From an uncultured Elusimicrobia bacterium (lineage in GTDB: Bacteria; Elusimicrobiota; Elusimicrobia; UBA1565; UBA9628), in assembly GCA_964358065.1 (NCBI GenBank), contig CAYHNV010000002.1, forward strand, positions 1 to 54,760: a DNA stretch of 54,760 nt, read 5' to 3'. The notes beneath the pieces were generated by a model. The model did no database searches and was not told the DNA's origin. It worked only from the letters and a program-made list of their open reading frames with translations. Of this stretch, positions 7,216 through 17,045 are shown one piece after another. Made by a program: the position numbers and the translations under genes. How positions within the stretch are numbered: the stretch's first letter is position 1; each line of letters begins with the position of its first letter.

Positions 7216-9486
7216 ATGAAGGCGAAACGCGTCGCGCTGGTTCATGACTGGCTGACCGGCATGCGCGGCGGCGAGAAGGTGCTGGAGGCCGCCCTCGAGC
7301 TGTTCCCTCATGCCGAGATATACACCCTCATCCACCGGGCGGACCGGGTCTCCGCTCTCATCAACTCCCATCGCATCCACGTCTCCTGGCTCAATCGCCT
7401 GCCGGGGGTGTCGCATTATTACCGCTACCTCCTGCCCTTGATGCCGTGGGCGATCGAGAACTTCGATCTGGGCGGCTACGATCTGGTCTTGTCCTTCAAC
7501 CACTGCGTGGCCAAGGGGGTGCGCCTGACGCCGCGGCCCGGGCGGCGTCCCAGCCTGCACATCTGCTATTGCCACACCCCGATGCGGTATGTGTACGACC
7601 AGTTCCAGGATTATTTTGCCGACGGCTCCCGGAGCTGGCTGCGCTTCGCCGCCGGACTTCTGCGGCCCGCCCTGATACGATGGGACAAGAAGAGCAGCCG
7701 GGGGGTGTCCGCTTTCGTGGCCAACAGCGAGAACGTTCGCCAGAGGATCCAGAAAGCCTACGGCCGGGACGCGACCGTCATCTATCCGAGCGTCGACACG
7801 GAGTTCTTTCGGCCGCCCCCGGTCGCGCGCAGCGGCGCGCCCTATTACCTGATCGCCGGCGCGCTGGTCGCCTACAAGCGCGTGGACCTGGCCATCGCGG
7901 CGTGCCGCCGGCTGGGCGTGGCGCTTAAGATCGTCGGGGTGGGAACGGAGGGCGTGCGGCTCAGGAAGCGGAGCGCGGGAGCGCGGGTGGAGTTCCTGGG
8001 CTGGCAGAGCGACGAGGCTTTGCGCGAGCTCTACCAGAACTGCGAGGCATTTCTTTTCCCCGCGGACGAGGATTTCGGCATCACGGCGGCGGAGGCGATG
8101 GCCTGCGGCCGGCCGGTGATCGCCTACAAGAAAGGCGGGGCTTTGGAGACGGTGCGAGAGGGCGTCACCGGGGTCTTCTTCCAGACGCAGACGGCGTCTG
8201 CTTTGGCCGACGCGATCTTGCGGTCCCAAGACATGCGATGGGTCCCCGAGATAATCCGCGCTTATGCCCTGAAGTTCGGCGACAAGCGGTTCAAGGACAG
8301 CTTCTTGAGTTTCGTGCGGGAAGCCTGGGACAGGCACGCCGCGACGCCCGCCAGGATCAAGGTGATGCTGGTTCTTGAATGCGGGTCCCCGCACGGCGTC
8401 GGCCATCAAGTCGCCGCGATCTCCCGCTGCCTCAACCACGAAAGGTTCGACGCGCGGATCGTCTACTCCGTCCGCCCCGGATTTGCGCCGGATGAGTTCG
8501 AGCGCATGACCCGCTTCGCCAGCGCTCACGTCTATATCCCGGGAATGATCCGGACGATCAGCCCGCTGAACGATCTGGCCGCATTCTGGAAGCTTTACCG
8601 GCTGCTGCGCCGAGAGAAGCCGGACGTCGTCCATGCCCATTCCTCGAAAGCCGGCGTTCTGGCGCGCGCGGCCGCCTGGCTGGCGGGCGTGCCCCGCATC
8701 TACTACTCCCCGCACGCCTACAGCTTCCTCCAGACGGACGCCGGTCCGTTCGGCCGGGCGTTCTACTGGTGCATCGAGAAGTCGCTTTCTTGGATTGGGA
8801 ACATCATCGCATGTTCCGAAGGCGAGGCGGTTCTGGCGCGCAAGCTGTCCTGGGGCCGGGAAGTCTTTCAGGTGAGGAATATTTTCGCGCGGGAAGGACC
8901 TTCGCCTCGATCTCCTCGCGCAAAAGACGGCAGAATCGTCGTCGGCACGCTCAGCCGGCTCAGCCCCGGCAAGAATCCGGAGGCGTTCGTCCGAATGGCG
9001 GAAGCCCTCGCAAAAAAACACTCGAACGCGCGTTTCGTCTGGCTCGGCGGCGGTGAGCTGGAAGATGATTTTCGGCGTCTTGTGGCGCGCAGCGGCCTCC
9101 AGGGTAAGCTGGAGATTGTCGGCCACATCCCGCCCGAAAACGTGCTGGAACGGATCGCGGGCCTGGATATTTTCGTGCACTACTCTCTTTGGGAGGGGGG
9201 CGCGCCCATCGCGATCCATGAAGCCATGTTCTGCGCCAAGCCGGTCGTCGCCTCCAACATCGCAGGCAACGTCGATCTTGTGATTGACGGCGTCACGGGC
9301 CTTCTGGCGTCGAACGAGGATGAGTTCCTGCGCCAAACGACTCGTCTTGTCGAATCTGCGGAACTGCGCGATGAGCTCGGCCGCAACGCGAAAGATTTTC
9401 TCCAGCGCGAGGTCGCCGCCGGCAAGTCGCTGGCCGCCCTTGAGCGCCTCTACGCGGCCGCAACCGCTCAGGGCGCGAATCGGTAG
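7216..9486 (+). CDS. fused double GT4 (GT-B) glycosyltransferase
   Basis: ATG at 7216 (MKAKRVALVHDWLTGMRGGEKVLE). First GT4 module ends about aa 375. The second starts at IKVMLVLECGSPHGVG and ends with EGGAPIAIHEAMFCAKPVVAS...GVTGLL (E-x7-E). Confidence 0.8.
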   Translation: MKAKRVALVHDWLTGMRGGEKVLEAALELFPHAEIYTLIHRADRVSALINSHRIHVSWLNRLPGVSHYYRYLLPLMPWAIENFDLGGYDLVLSFNHCVAKGVRLTPRPGRRPSLHICYCHTPMRYVYDQFQDYFADGSRSWLRFAAGLLRPALIRWDKKSSRGVSAFVANSENVRQRIQKAYGRDATVIYPSVDTEFFRPPPVARSGAPYYLIAGALVAYKRVDLAIAACRRLGVALKIVGVGTEGVRLRKRSAGARVEFLGWQSDEALRELYQNCEAFLFPADEDFGITAAEAMACGRPVIAYKKGGALETVREGVTGVFFQTQTASALADAILRSQDMRWVPEIIRAYALKFGDKRFKDSFLSFVREAWDRHAATPARIKVMLVLECGSPHGVGHQVAAISRCLNHERFDARIVYSVRPGFAPDEFERMTRFASAHVYIPGMIRTISPLNDLAAFWKLYRLLRREKPDVVHAHSSKAGVLARAAAWLAGVPRIYYSPHAYSFLQTDAGPFGRAFYWCIEKSLSWIGNIIACSEGEAVLARKLSWGREVFQVRNIFAREGPSPRSPRAKDGRIVVGTLSRLSPGKNPEAFVRMAEALAKKHSNARFVWLGGGELEDDFRRLVARSGLQGKLEIVGHIPPENVLERIAGLDIFVHYSLWEGGAPIAIHEAMFCAKPVVASNIAGNVDLVIDGVTGLLASNEDEFLRQTTRLVESAELRDELGRNAKDFLQREVAAGKSLAALERLYAAATAQGANR

Positions 9487-10166
9487 CGCAATAGGCAGAC
9501 GAGGTACGCGAAGCCGTCCTTCCAGGTGATCTTCTTGCCCTCGGCGTAGGTGCGGCCGGAATATGAGATGGGAACCTCGTAGATGCGCAGATGGCGCCTG
9601 CAGATCTTGGCGGTGAGCTCGGCCTCGATGCCGAAGCGTTCGCTGTTGAGCGTGAGGGCCTTGAGCTTTGAGGCGTCGAAGACCTTGTAGCATGTCCCCA
9701 TATCGGTCAGGTTGATGTTGTACAGGACGTTGGTGATGAGCGTGAAGAACATGTTGGCGAGGGAGTGCCAGAAGAAGAGGACGCGGTGCGGACCACCCAG
9801 GAAGCGGGAACCATAGACCACATCCGCGCGGCCGTCGATGAGGGGGGCCAGCAGTCCGGGGTAGTCGGCGGGGTCGTACTCGAGGTCGGCGTCCTGAATG
9901 ATCACGAGGTCTCCTGTCGCGCGCCCGAGAGCCGTGCGCAGGGCCGCGCCCTTGCCGCGGTTGCGTTCATGCAGGAGCACCGTCGCGCGGCCGTCCAGCC
10001 CCCGCAGGAGCTCGCGCGTGCCGTCGGTCGAGCCGTCATCGACGATGATGATCTGCTTGGCGACGGATAGGGGCACGGCCTCGACGCGGCGCAGGAGCTC
10101 GAGGACTGTGGCCTTCTCATTGTAGACCGGGATCAAGATCGAGAGCGTTCGGGACATGGAGGGCAT
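9468..10166 (-). CDS. GT2 glycosyltransferase (polyprenyl-phosphate sugar transferase-like)
   Basis: Internal start MPSMSRTLSILIPVYNE, then IIIVDDGSTDGT and IIQDADLEYDP. The long N-terminal extension in the track is Arg/Pro-rich junk. Confidence 0.8.
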   Translation of the reverse strand: MPSMSRTLSILIPVYNEKATVLELLRRVEAVPLSVAKQIIIVDDGSTDGTRELLRGLDGRATVLLHERNRGKGAALRTALGRATGDLVIIQDADLEYDPADYPGLLAPLIDGRADVVYGSRFLGGPHRVLFFWHSLANMFFTLITNVLYNINLTDMGTCYKVFDASKLKALTLNSERFGIEAELTAKICRRHLRIYEVPISYSGRTYAEGKKITWKDGFAYLVCLLRYRFAP

Positions 10167-11350
10167 TATAGGATTTCCGCGCGCGGCCGCAGGGACGTCG
10201 TGCCCCAGGCCCAGATCAGCAGGAAGAGGGAGGCGAATTGCTCGTTCTGGAAGGAGGTTTCGGTCAGGCACATGGCCAGAAGGACCGCGACGGCGCCGGC
10301 CGCCCACAGCGCGCGCGCGTCGGCGTCGGCGCGCGCGGCGCGCAGGGCGCGGGAGAGCAGGGTCGCGCACAGCGCGAGCAGGGCGAGGCCGCCGAGCAGG
10401 CCGCGTTCGGCAAGCTGGTGCAGGTAGAGGTTGTGGGCGCTGCTCCAGACGGCCTGCGTCTCGAGGATGCCCGAGTGATGCGCCGCAAAAAGACTTCCGT
10501 AGCCTCCGGGTCCCGCGCCGGTCAGGGGATGGTCTTGGAAGATGCGGCGGGCGACGTCCCAGAGAACCAAGCGAGTTTGCTGGTTGTTGTGCGGGTCGTA
10601 TGGCCTGAAGATCGCGCTCAGCGTCCTCCCGTTGTTGGGCAGGACTTCCCAGGCCGCGGCCACGGAGGCGACCATGATCAGTGCCGGGACCGCCCAGCGA
10701 CGCGCGCGCGGCTCGAGCAGGGCCATCAGGCCGAAGCCGGCCGCGGCGGCGAGAAGGGCCATGCGCGTCTGGCTCATGACCAGGGCCGCGAAGACGAGCG
10801 CGGTGAAGACTTCCGCGGCGCGGCGTCCGGCCTGGGTCGTGGGACGCAGGAGCACGCACAGGCCGCCCAGTACGGCCAGCGCCATCTGCTCGCCGAACAC
10901 GACGGGATGCACGAAGGCGTGAGCGCGGAACGTGCCCCGCGCCGCGCTGCCCTGCGCCGACTGCGTGAGCCCGCAGAGGGCCATCGCCGCAAAGGAGATC
11001 CACAGCGCCGGGCGCAGGGGCGTCATCGGCTCCAGTGCCAGCGCCGCGACGAAGAGGCCCAGCGACCAGAGGCGGTGCCAGTCCTTGAGCGCATCGCGCA
11101 GCGACGCGGCCGGCGCGTCCGACAGCAAGGCCGCGATCAAGCCCGCGGCGGCGTACAGCGCGAGCGCGGCCAGCGCGGGTTCGCTGCGCCATGCGGCGGC
11201 CATGCGCGCGCCGTCGGTCCGCGCGCGCATGAGCAAGGCCGCCGTGAGGAGCGCCAGCGCGACGTTGGAAGCCGCAATCGAGACCGGCAGGGCCAGCGCG
11301 CACAGCGCGAGCGCGGCGGCGACGGGGGAGAGCGTCCAGCGCGGGGTCAT
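10166..11350 (-). CDS. O-antigen ligase/polymerase family (Wzy_C) membrane protein
   Basis: Start MTPRWTL at 11350 (ATGA overlap with the upstream stop). About 10 TM helices, and SAHNLYLHQLAERGLLGG, which is typical of Wzy_C. Confidence 0.7.
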   Translation of the reverse strand: MTPRWTLSPVAAALALCALALPVSIAASNVALALLTAALLMRARTDGARMAAAWRSEPALAALALYAAAGLIAALLSDAPAASLRDALKDWHRLWSLGLFVAALALEPMTPLRPALWISFAAMALCGLTQSAQGSAARGTFRAHAFVHPVVFGEQMALAVLGGLCVLLRPTTQAGRRAAEVFTALVFAALVMSQTRMALLAAAAGFGLMALLEPRARRWAVPALIMVASVAAAWEVLPNNGRTLSAIFRPYDPHNNQQTRLVLWDVARRIFQDHPLTGAGPGGYGSLFAAHHSGILETQAVWSSAHNLYLHQLAERGLLGGLALLALCATLLSRALRAARADADARALWAAGAVAVLLAMCLTETSFQNEQFASLFLLIWAWGTTSLRPRAEIL

Positions 11351-12504
11351 CGCCGCGCGGCCGCCTCGCGTCGGCTGCGGGCGGCATCGACGCAAGCCTT
11401 GAAACGCTCGAACTCGGCCTCCGCGGAGTGCGCGTGGGCGTGCTCCACGCGCCGGCGCCGAAGCTCGGGGGTCTCGGTGCGCGGGAGATCGCGCGCGATG
11501 CGGAGCCAATCCGCGGGCGTCGCGCCGATGTAGATCAGTCCCTCGAGCGCCTGGAGCGAGGGCAGGGGCGTGGCGATCACGGGGCGGCCGGTCGCGAGGC
11601 ACTCGTAGATCTTCGCGGGGATCACGCCCAGCAGGAACGGGGTCAGCCGGTAGGGAAGCAGGAAGCCCTCGTACGGGCCGAGGCTGGCGGCGAGAGCGCC
11701 GCGTTCGACCGAGACGTGCCGGGCGACCGCCGGCGCCAAGGCCGGAGCGTCGCCTTGCGTGAAGCCGCGCACGGTCGTGCGGAAGCCCGCGTCCGCGAGC
11801 GCGTCGACGAAACGGGGGTCGAGGTCCCGGCTCCAGGTCCCGTAGTAGCAGAAGTCGTCCCACGTGCCGCGCGGCGGCGGCAGGCGGAAGAAGTCGGCGG
11901 GCACGCCCTGATGGATCTGCTCGACGCAGGGGTGCTCGGCTCTCTTCTGCCCGTACAGATAGTCCGAATCGCAGACGACCTGGTCGGCCAGCGCGAGCAG
12001 AGCGCGCTCCCACGCGGGGAAATCGGCGGGTGCGTCCGGGTGCGCGCGAAAGTTCGCCGCGCAGTCGTAGACCAGGGCCGCGGGCGAGAAGCTCTTCGCC
12101 AGCTCCAGGGTGGTCGCGGTCGCGACGTAGACGATGCAGGCGCTTGCCGGGCGCAGTCCCGCGGCCTCAAGCCGGCGCTTCAGCGCGGGCAGAAAGAAGC
12201 GCGAGTTCAGGGCGCGGAAGATCCGCCATGTCGGTGGCAGCACGCGCGGAGAGAAGACGCGCAGGCCGGGCGGGATCGCATTGGAGCCGCCGGCCGTCCG
12301 GGGCGACAGCGCGTGCGCCACGCGCGCCCAGAGCCGCGGCAGGTCCTTCCACGAGGGGTTGCGAAAGCCCGTGTTCTCGATGAAGAAGACATCCCGGCCG
12401 TTCGCGGCGAAAGCGGCGGCGAAGATCTGGTGGCGCTGCCAGGCGGCGCTCCAGTCGATGTTGCCGAGGATGACGACCTGTTCTCTTGCCGCGGGAGGAC
12501 TCAC
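11347..12504 (-). CDS. GT-B fold glycosyltransferase
   Basis: GTG at 12504 overlaps the upstream TGA. VVILGNIDWSAAWQRHQ at the N-terminus and IPAKIYECLATGRPVIATP at the C-terminus. Confidence 0.6.
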   Translation of the reverse strand: MSPPAAREQVVILGNIDWSAAWQRHQIFAAAFAANGRDVFFIENTGFRNPSWKDLPRLWARVAHALSPRTAGGSNAIPPGLRVFSPRVLPPTWRIFRALNSRFFLPALKRRLEAAGLRPASACIVYVATATTLELAKSFSPAALVYDCAANFRAHPDAPADFPAWERALLALADQVVCDSDYLYGQKRAEHPCVEQIHQGVPADFFRLPPPRGTWDDFCYYGTWSRDLDPRFVDALADAGFRTTVRGFTQGDAPALAPAVARHVSVERGALAASLGPYEGFLLPYRLTPFLLGVIPAKIYECLATGRPVIATPLPSLQALEGLIYIGATPADWLRIARDLPRTETPELRRRRVEHAHAHSAEAEFERFKACVDAARSRREAAARR

Positions 12505-13394
12505 CGCTGCTTCCACCAGGCGAGGGTGTCGGCCAGGCTGCGCGCCAGCGGGATTCTTGGGGCCCAACCCAGCGCCCGGAGCTTGTGGGTATCGGCGGCG
12601 AGGTCGCGCACCTCGGACGGCCGGCGGCGTGAGGGGGCCACGCGCTCGCTCACGCGCAGGCCGGCCGCGTCGGCCAGTCCGCGCAGAATGGCGCTCATCG
12701 GCGTCGAGCGGCCGCCGCCGACGTTGTAGCACTCGCCCGGACGTCCGCGGCGCATGAGGACTTCGAAGGCGGCGGCGACATCGCGCACGTCGATATAGTC
12801 GCGGCGCGGGCTGAGGTTGCCCACGGAGACTTCGGCTGACTGCAGGCCGGCGGCGATGCGCGCGATCTGGCGCGCGAAGGCGCCCGGCGCGAGGTTCTCC
12901 GGAGTGCCGGGGCCGAGGACGTTGAATATCCGCGCGGCAACGACCGACACGTGGCCGCGTGCGAACGAAAGCGCGGCCAGCGTCTGGGCAAGCTTGCACG
13001 AGCCGTACGGCGTCACGGGCTCCAGCGGCGCGTTCTCGCGCGGGCGGCGCAGGCCCCCGGCCGCGCCGTACTCGGCCGAGGAGCCCGCGATCACGACTCG
13101 GACCGGCGCGCGGCGCGCGGCCAGCGCCTCCAGGAGGTTGACCGTCGCCGTGACGTGCGCGCGCCACATCTCGTTCCAGCCGCGGGCGCGGGTCGTTCCG
13201 GCCAGAAGGTAGACCTCGTCGGGGCGCACGGCGCGCACGGCGGCGCGCGCCTGGGCGGGATCGCTCAGATCGAACGGGCGTATTCCCCGTGACGCGTGGA
13301 GGCTGATCTTAAACGGGCGAGCGTGTTTTTCCAGGCGGGCAATCAGCGGTCCGGCGAGGAAGCCGCGCGCGCCCGCGATCAGGATGCGGCGCAT
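12501..13394 (-). CDS. NAD-dependent sugar epimerase/reductase (extended SDR)
   Basis: ILIAGARGFLAGPL Rossmann motif and YGSCKLAQ (YxxxK). Confidence 0.75.
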   Translation of the reverse strand: MRRILIAGARGFLAGPLIARLEKHARPFKISLHASRGIRPFDLSDPAQARAAVRAVRPDEVYLLAGTTRARGWNEMWRAHVTATVNLLEALAARRAPVRVVIAGSSAEYGAAGGLRRPRENAPLEPVTPYGSCKLAQTLAALSFARGHVSVVAARIFNVLGPGTPENLAPGAFARQIARIAAGLQSAEVSVGNLSPRRDYIDVRDVAAAFEVLMRRGRPGECYNVGGGRSTPMSAILRGLADAAGLRVSERVAPSRRRPSEVRDLAADTHKLRALGWAPRIPLARSLADTLAWWKQR

Positions 13395-13395
13395 G

Positions 13396-14388
13396 TCAGA
13401 CGTTGTAGAGGCCGGCTTTGTAGTCGGCCAGGTGGGCGCGCACGTACTCGGCGGTGCGGGCCAGGCCCTGTTCGAGCGTCACCCGCGGCTTCCAACCGGC
13501 CAGCTTCAGCGCTTTCTTGTTGCCGCAGATCAGGCGCATCACCTCGCTGCGCTCGGGGCGCAGGCGGGCCCGGTCTTCCTCGATCTCGGCGCGGCGGCCG
13601 GTGATCTTCATCAGCAGCCGGGCGGTCTGGCCGATGGTGATGCCTCGGCCGGAGCCGATATTGATCACTTCTCCGATGCACGCCCTGGAGGCGGCGACCG
13701 CCAGGAAACCGTCGACGGTGTCGGCCACGTAGTTGAAGTCGCGCACCGGAGACAGGGAGCCGATCTTGAGCCGCGGCTGCTCCTGTAGGAGCTGGCAGGC
13801 GATGGTCGCAATCACGGCGCGCGCGGACTGGCGCGGGCCGTAGGCGTTGAAGGGTCGGCACACCGCGACCGGCAAGCCGAAGGACCTCTCGAAGCTGAGC
13901 GCCAGCTGGTCGGCGCCGATCTTCGTGGCCGCGTAGGGCGACTGGCCCTGGAGCGGATGCTCTTCGGTGATCGGGATGAAGCGCGCGGTGCCGTAGACCT
14001 CGGAGGTGGACGTCTGCACGAGCTTGCCCACGCGCCAGCGGCGGCAGGCCTCCAGGACGTTGAGCGTTCCTTGGATGTTCGTCGCGACGTAGGAAGCGGG
14101 GGCGGTGTAGGAGTACGGGATCGCGATCAGGGCGGCGAGGTGAAAAACGACTTCGCCGCCCCGGATCAATTCGGTCATGCAGCTCGGGTCGGCGCCGCCC
14201 CCGACGCGGATCTCGACGCGGGACTTCAGCGCGGGATCCAGGTCCTCGAGGAATCCCCAATGCCCGCGCGAGTTGTAGTGCACCAGCGCGCGCACCCTCG
14301 CGCCGTGCCGCGCCAGCTCTTCGGTGAGGTGGCTGCCGATGAAGCCGCCGGCTCCCGTCACGACGACGCGCACATTCTTCCAGTTCAT
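13396..14388 (-). CDS. NDP-sugar 4,6-dehydratase-like extended SDR (LegB-like, uncertain)
   Basis: VVVTGAGGFIGSHL, HYNSRGHWGFLE, STSEVYG, YAATKIGAD (YxxxK). Confidence 0.75.
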   Translation of the reverse strand: MNWKNVRVVVTGAGGFIGSHLTEELARHGARVRALVHYNSRGHWGFLEDLDPALKSRVEIRVGGGADPSCMTELIRGGEVVFHLAALIAIPYSYTAPASYVATNIQGTLNVLEACRRWRVGKLVQTSTSEVYGTARFIPITEEHPLQGQSPYAATKIGADQLALSFERSFGLPVAVCRPFNAYGPRQSARAVIATIACQLLQEQPRLKIGSLSPVRDFNYVADTVDGFLAVAASRACIGEVINIGSGRGITIGQTARLLMKITGRRAEIEEDRARLRPERSEVMRLICGNKKALKLAGWKPRVTLEQGLARTAEYVRAHLADYKAGLYNV

Positions 14389-14406
14389 GTCGCTGATTCT
14401 ACTAAT

Positions 14407-15318
14407 TCAGGCTGAGGACAGCTCGGCCATCATGATTTGGGCCGCGCGACCGAGGTTCTTGACCGACAGCGGCCAAGCGGCGAGCATTCTCCGGACGTAG
14501 GAACGGCGTAGGGCGCGGTCGCTTCCGGGCTCGAGGAGGGCGCCGGCGGCGGAGCGGTAGACGTACGAGATGCGGCGCCGCATGCGCAGACGGTCGATCG
14601 ATCCGGGGTTCGGGCCGAATGCGGAGGTAAAATGGTCCCGCAGCAGGGATTCGAGATTCGAGTGGTGATACTCGACTTTGCGGGAGGCCGAGCCTGGTAT
14701 CACTGTATAAGAACTGAGCGTCCGGTCGAGGAAGCGGAACGGCCCCACCCGTGCCAGGCGCAGCCAGAAGTCGTAGTCCTCGACGGTGTTGAACCGGGGG
14801 TCTTCACGGAAGCCGCCGATCTCAAGAGCTTTGTCGCGACGGAAGGTCGCGGCGGACGGCGAGACGGCGTTGCCGATGAAAAGAAGACGCTCGTACATGT
14901 TAGTGACGGCCGGTCCTTTAAATTCGGTGCGCAGGACGCGCCCGTCCCGGACGACGTCGAGGTGGTGCCCAACGAGGACCGCCTCCGGGTGCGCGTCGAA
15001 CTCAGCGACGGTGAGGGCGAGCTTGTCCGGCGTCCAGAAATCATCATGATCGAGAAGCGCGATCAAGTTGCCCTTGGCAAGGCGCAGGCCGGTATTGCGC
15101 GCGGCGGCGATGCGGCCGTTTGGGCGGCGCATACAGATGCCGGGGACGCCCGTCTTCGACAACCATCCATCAACGATGAGTTTTGTTTCATCAGGAGAGC
15201 CGTCGTCCACGACGACGACCTCGAAATCGCGGTAGGTCTGCGCCGCGACCGAGTCCAGCGTCGCCGCGATGAAGCGGGCGGCGGCGTAAGCCGGGACGAC
15301 CACGGAGACCCGGGGCAT
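14407..15318 (-). CDS. GT2 glycosyltransferase
   Basis: Start MPRVSVVVPAYAAARFI at 15318 (1-nt TAATG overlap with kpsF). YRDFEVVVVDDGSPDET and LLDHDDFW. Confidence 0.8.
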   Translation of the reverse strand: MPRVSVVVPAYAAARFIAATLDSVAAQTYRDFEVVVVDDGSPDETKLIVDGWLSKTGVPGICMRRPNGRIAAARNTGLRLAKGNLIALLDHDDFWTPDKLALTVAEFDAHPEAVLVGHHLDVVRDGRVLRTEFKGPAVTNMYERLLFIGNAVSPSAATFRRDKALEIGGFREDPRFNTVEDYDFWLRLARVGPFRFLDRTLSSYTVIPGSASRKVEYHHSNLESLLRDHFTSAFGPNPGSIDRLRMRRRISYVYRSAAGALLEPGSDRALRRSYVRRMLAAWPLSVKNLGRAAQIMMAELSSA

Positions 15319-16304
15319 TACAGCCCGCGCGCGTGCAGGTCGTGGATGTGAATCATGCCGACCGAGCGTCCGTGGGAGTCCACGACGGGCAGGACATTGA
15401 AGGGATTCTTGCGATCCTCCATGATCTCGACCGCGCGGGCGGCCAGAGAGGTCGGGGCGATCTTTGTCGGCCGGCGATTCATGATGCTCTGGACCGGGAG
15501 CTTGCGGATGTCGAAGCCTTTCCCTAATACCTGGCGGATATCGAAGTCGGTGATGAGCCCGAGGAAGCGGCTGCGGCGGTCGATGACCGATACCGCCCCG
15601 GCGCACATGCGCGTCATCTCAATGAGCATCGACATGGCGGAGACGTCGGAGCGTACGACTGGGTTGTCCGTGCCGCAGCGCATGATATCTGAGACCTTGA
15701 GCGTGAGGCGGCGGCCAAGGCGTCCGCCCGGATGGTTGAGCGCGAAGTGCTCACGGTCGAAGCCGCGGACCTTCATGAGTGCTACGGCCAGCGCGTCGCC
15801 GGCGGCCAGGGCTGCCGTCGTGCTGCAGGTCGGTGCGAGGTTGAGCGGACAGGCCTCGGCCTTCACGGGCGTTTCCAGGACCAGCGCGGCGGCGCGGGCG
15901 AGAGTCGAGCGCGGATTGGCGGTCAGCGCCACGATCTTGACGCCGAGGGCGCGCAGGCGCGGCAGGAGCGCGTTAAGCTCGTCGGACTCCCCCGACTTGC
16001 CCACGGCGATCAGGATGTCGCCCTTTTGGACCAGCCCCATGCCGCCGTGCAGGGCGTCGGTCGGGTCCATGTGAACGGCGGGCGTGCCCGTTGACGAAAG
16101 CGTGGCGGCGATTTTCTGCGCGATGAGGCCGGACTTGCCGACGCCGGTCACGAGGACCTTGCCGCTGCATCGGGAGAGAAGCCGCACCGCCGCGGCGTAG
16201 CGCGCGTCGACGGCTCGGCCCAGGCCCACCAGTGTCGCTGTCTCTAAGCGGAGCACACGGCGGATTTCGCGGATGATCTTGGCGTCACGTCGGGAGGGGG
16301 TCAT
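15318..16304 (-). CDS. kpsF: KpsF/GutQ-family sugar-phosphate isomerase (SIS plus two CBS domains)
   Basis: GKVLVTGVGKSGLIAQKIAATLSSTG (SIS), followed by a C-terminal CBS pair. Confidence 0.8.
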   Translation of the reverse strand: MTPSRRDAKIIREIRRVLRLETATLVGLGRAVDARYAAAVRLLSRCSGKVLVTGVGKSGLIAQKIAATLSSTGTPAVHMDPTDALHGGMGLVQKGDILIAVGKSGESDELNALLPRLRALGVKIVALTANPRSTLARAAALVLETPVKAEACPLNLAPTCSTTAALAAGDALAVALMKVRGFDREHFALNHPGGRLGRRLTLKVSDIMRCGTDNPVVRSDVSAMSMLIEMTRMCAGAVSVIDRRSRFLGLITDFDIRQVLGKGFDIRKLPVQSIMNRRPTKIAPTSLAARAVEIMEDRKNPFNVLPVVDSHGRSVGMIHIHDLHARGL

Positions 16305-16325
16305 GGGTTGTGTTCCATTTTGTCT

Positions 16326-17045
16326 TTAGGAGTGCAGATACCGCTCGCGGCGGCGGGGCGAGGCGAAAATATCCTGGACCGACTCGTAGTCCTCGGGGCG
16401 GCCGATGTCCAGCCATTCCGCCTTGTTGCGGAAGCCGACCACGATCCCGCTCGCGTCTGTGATGCGCCGGATCAGGTCTGGGATGCCCAGCGCTTCGCCG
16501 GACCGGATGTGGCGCAGGACGCGGCGGTCGAAGACGTTGACGCCCATGCTGACGAGGTGGCGGCGTGATGGCTTTTCCGTGTAGGCGCACAGGCGGTCTT
16601 TGTCGTCCAGTTCAATGACGCCGAAGTCAATCTTCGAGAGGCGCTCGCAGACGGCGATGGCGGCGTCGGCCCCGAGATCGCGGTGATAGTCGTAGAGCTT
16701 GCCGAAGTCGAGCGTCGTGAGCAGGTCGCCGTTGATGGTCAGGAAGCGGGGCTGCAGAGCACGGATGAGCTTGAGCGCGCCGGAGGTTCCCAGCGGTTTA
16801 TCCTCGCGCACGTAGCGGATCTTCACGCCCCAGCGGCGGCCGTCGCCGCAGTAGGCCCGGACCAATTCGGCGAGGTGTCCGGTCGAGATGATGATGTCGG
16901 TGAAGCCGAAGTGCTTCAGTTGGCGCAGGACGATTTCGATGATCGGGTAGTCGCCGACGGGGACGAGCGGCTTGGGTAAAGTCGCCGTGTACGGCCGCAG
17001 GCGCGTGCCCTTGCCGCCGGCCAGGATGACGGCTTGTCGTTTCAT
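16326..17045 (-). CDS. sugar-1-phosphate nucleotidyltransferase
   Basis: Start MKRQAVILAGGKGTRLRPYTATLPKPLVPV at 17045 (ATGA overlap). Confidence 0.8.
   Translation of the reverse strand: MKRQAVILAGGKGTRLRPYTATLPKPLVPVGDYPIIEIVLRQLKHFGFTDIIISTGHLAELVRAYCGDGRRWGVKIRYVREDKPLGTSGALKLIRALQPRFLTINGDLLTTLDFGKLYDYHRDLGADAAIAVCERLSKIDFGVIELDDKDRLCAYTEKPSRRHLVSMGVNVFDRRVLRHIRSGEALGIPDLIRRITDASGIVVGFRNKAEWLDIGRPEDYESVQDIFASPRRRERYLHS

Noticed and set aside
6859-9693. 944-aa ORF antisense to the TPR, GT4-GT4 and GT2 genes
   Set aside because: Its translation is Arg/Pro/Gly/Ala-rich with no recognisable motif. It lies opposite ORFs that carry clear family motifs. This is a typical stop-poor antisense frame in GC-rich DNA.
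10167-11387. Long N-terminal extensions on several track ORFs (for example 9468..11387, 10166..12013, 11347..13167, 14407..15606, 16326..17333, 19156..21132, 25317..26315, 34359..35843)
   Set aside because: The extensions overlap the upstream gene in another frame and are Arg/Pro-rich. Internal starts give classic 1-4 nt operon overlaps and begin exactly where the family domains begin.
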